A program made the translations under genes and the position numbers. Below, in pieces: positions 63,576 to 63,643 of a DNA stretch of 63,643 nucleotides; the stretch's first letter is position 1, and each line of letters opens with the position of its first letter. The stretch covers positions 124,001 through 187,643 of the forward strand of contig JAXLNO010000455.1 of the NCBI GenBank assembly GCA_038087875.1, in the 5' to 3' direction. This stretch comes from Malacoraja senta (lineage: Eukaryota). Under the pieces are notes generated by a model. It was given only the letters and a program-made list of their open reading frames with translations, was not told the origin of the DNA and did no database searches.

Positions 63576-63643
63576 ATTCCGGCCGCCGCCGCCGAACCCC
63601 CCGCCCCACCATTGCACCCAAAGATTATAGAGCGAGTGGAGTT

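Noticed and set aside
62956..63621. 221-aa minus-strand ORF
   Set aside because: Low-complexity GA-rich repeat plus a P footprint; not THAP exon 1

Overview
Eukaryotic vertebrate DNA, most likely from a skate/ray or other cartilaginous fish. This is inferred from abundant HE1/V-SINE-type SINEs, CR1 LINEs, Penelope and DIRS fragments. Most of the window is transposable elements, and the ORF track misses the host genes because they are split into short minus-strand exons. Reading splice sites by hand recovers two gene remnants. (1) The 5' exons of a PRDM9 homologue (decayed KRAB-A, KRAB-B/'DSDEDWTP' exon, 'FRPPF' exon, linker exon, SSXRD exon ending DDDYL) lie at 40323->31490, with no PR/SET or zinc-finger exons following. 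(2) About 3.8 kb downstream on the same strand are ten phase-compatible exons of a SUN1/SUN2-type inner nuclear membrane protein (TM helix, coiled coil, start of the SUN domain) at 27725->3103, with one in-frame TAG. The arrangement is a candidate PRDM9(KRAB-SSXRD)-SUN chimera or a pair of adjacent decayed genes. Other notable structure: a P-element/THAP9-type transposase with a young chimeric ERV in its intron; several 26-36 bp palindromes with 8-bp target duplications that look like P-element excision footprints; two LINEs flanked by very long direct duplications (about 925 bp and about 150 bp); a three-level nested CR1 with an intact ORF2; Penelope fragments with minimal hammerhead ribozyme motifs; and Helitron, hAT-like, L1, Nimb/I and Rex-Babar elements. 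All family assignments come from motif recognition by eye; no searches were run.
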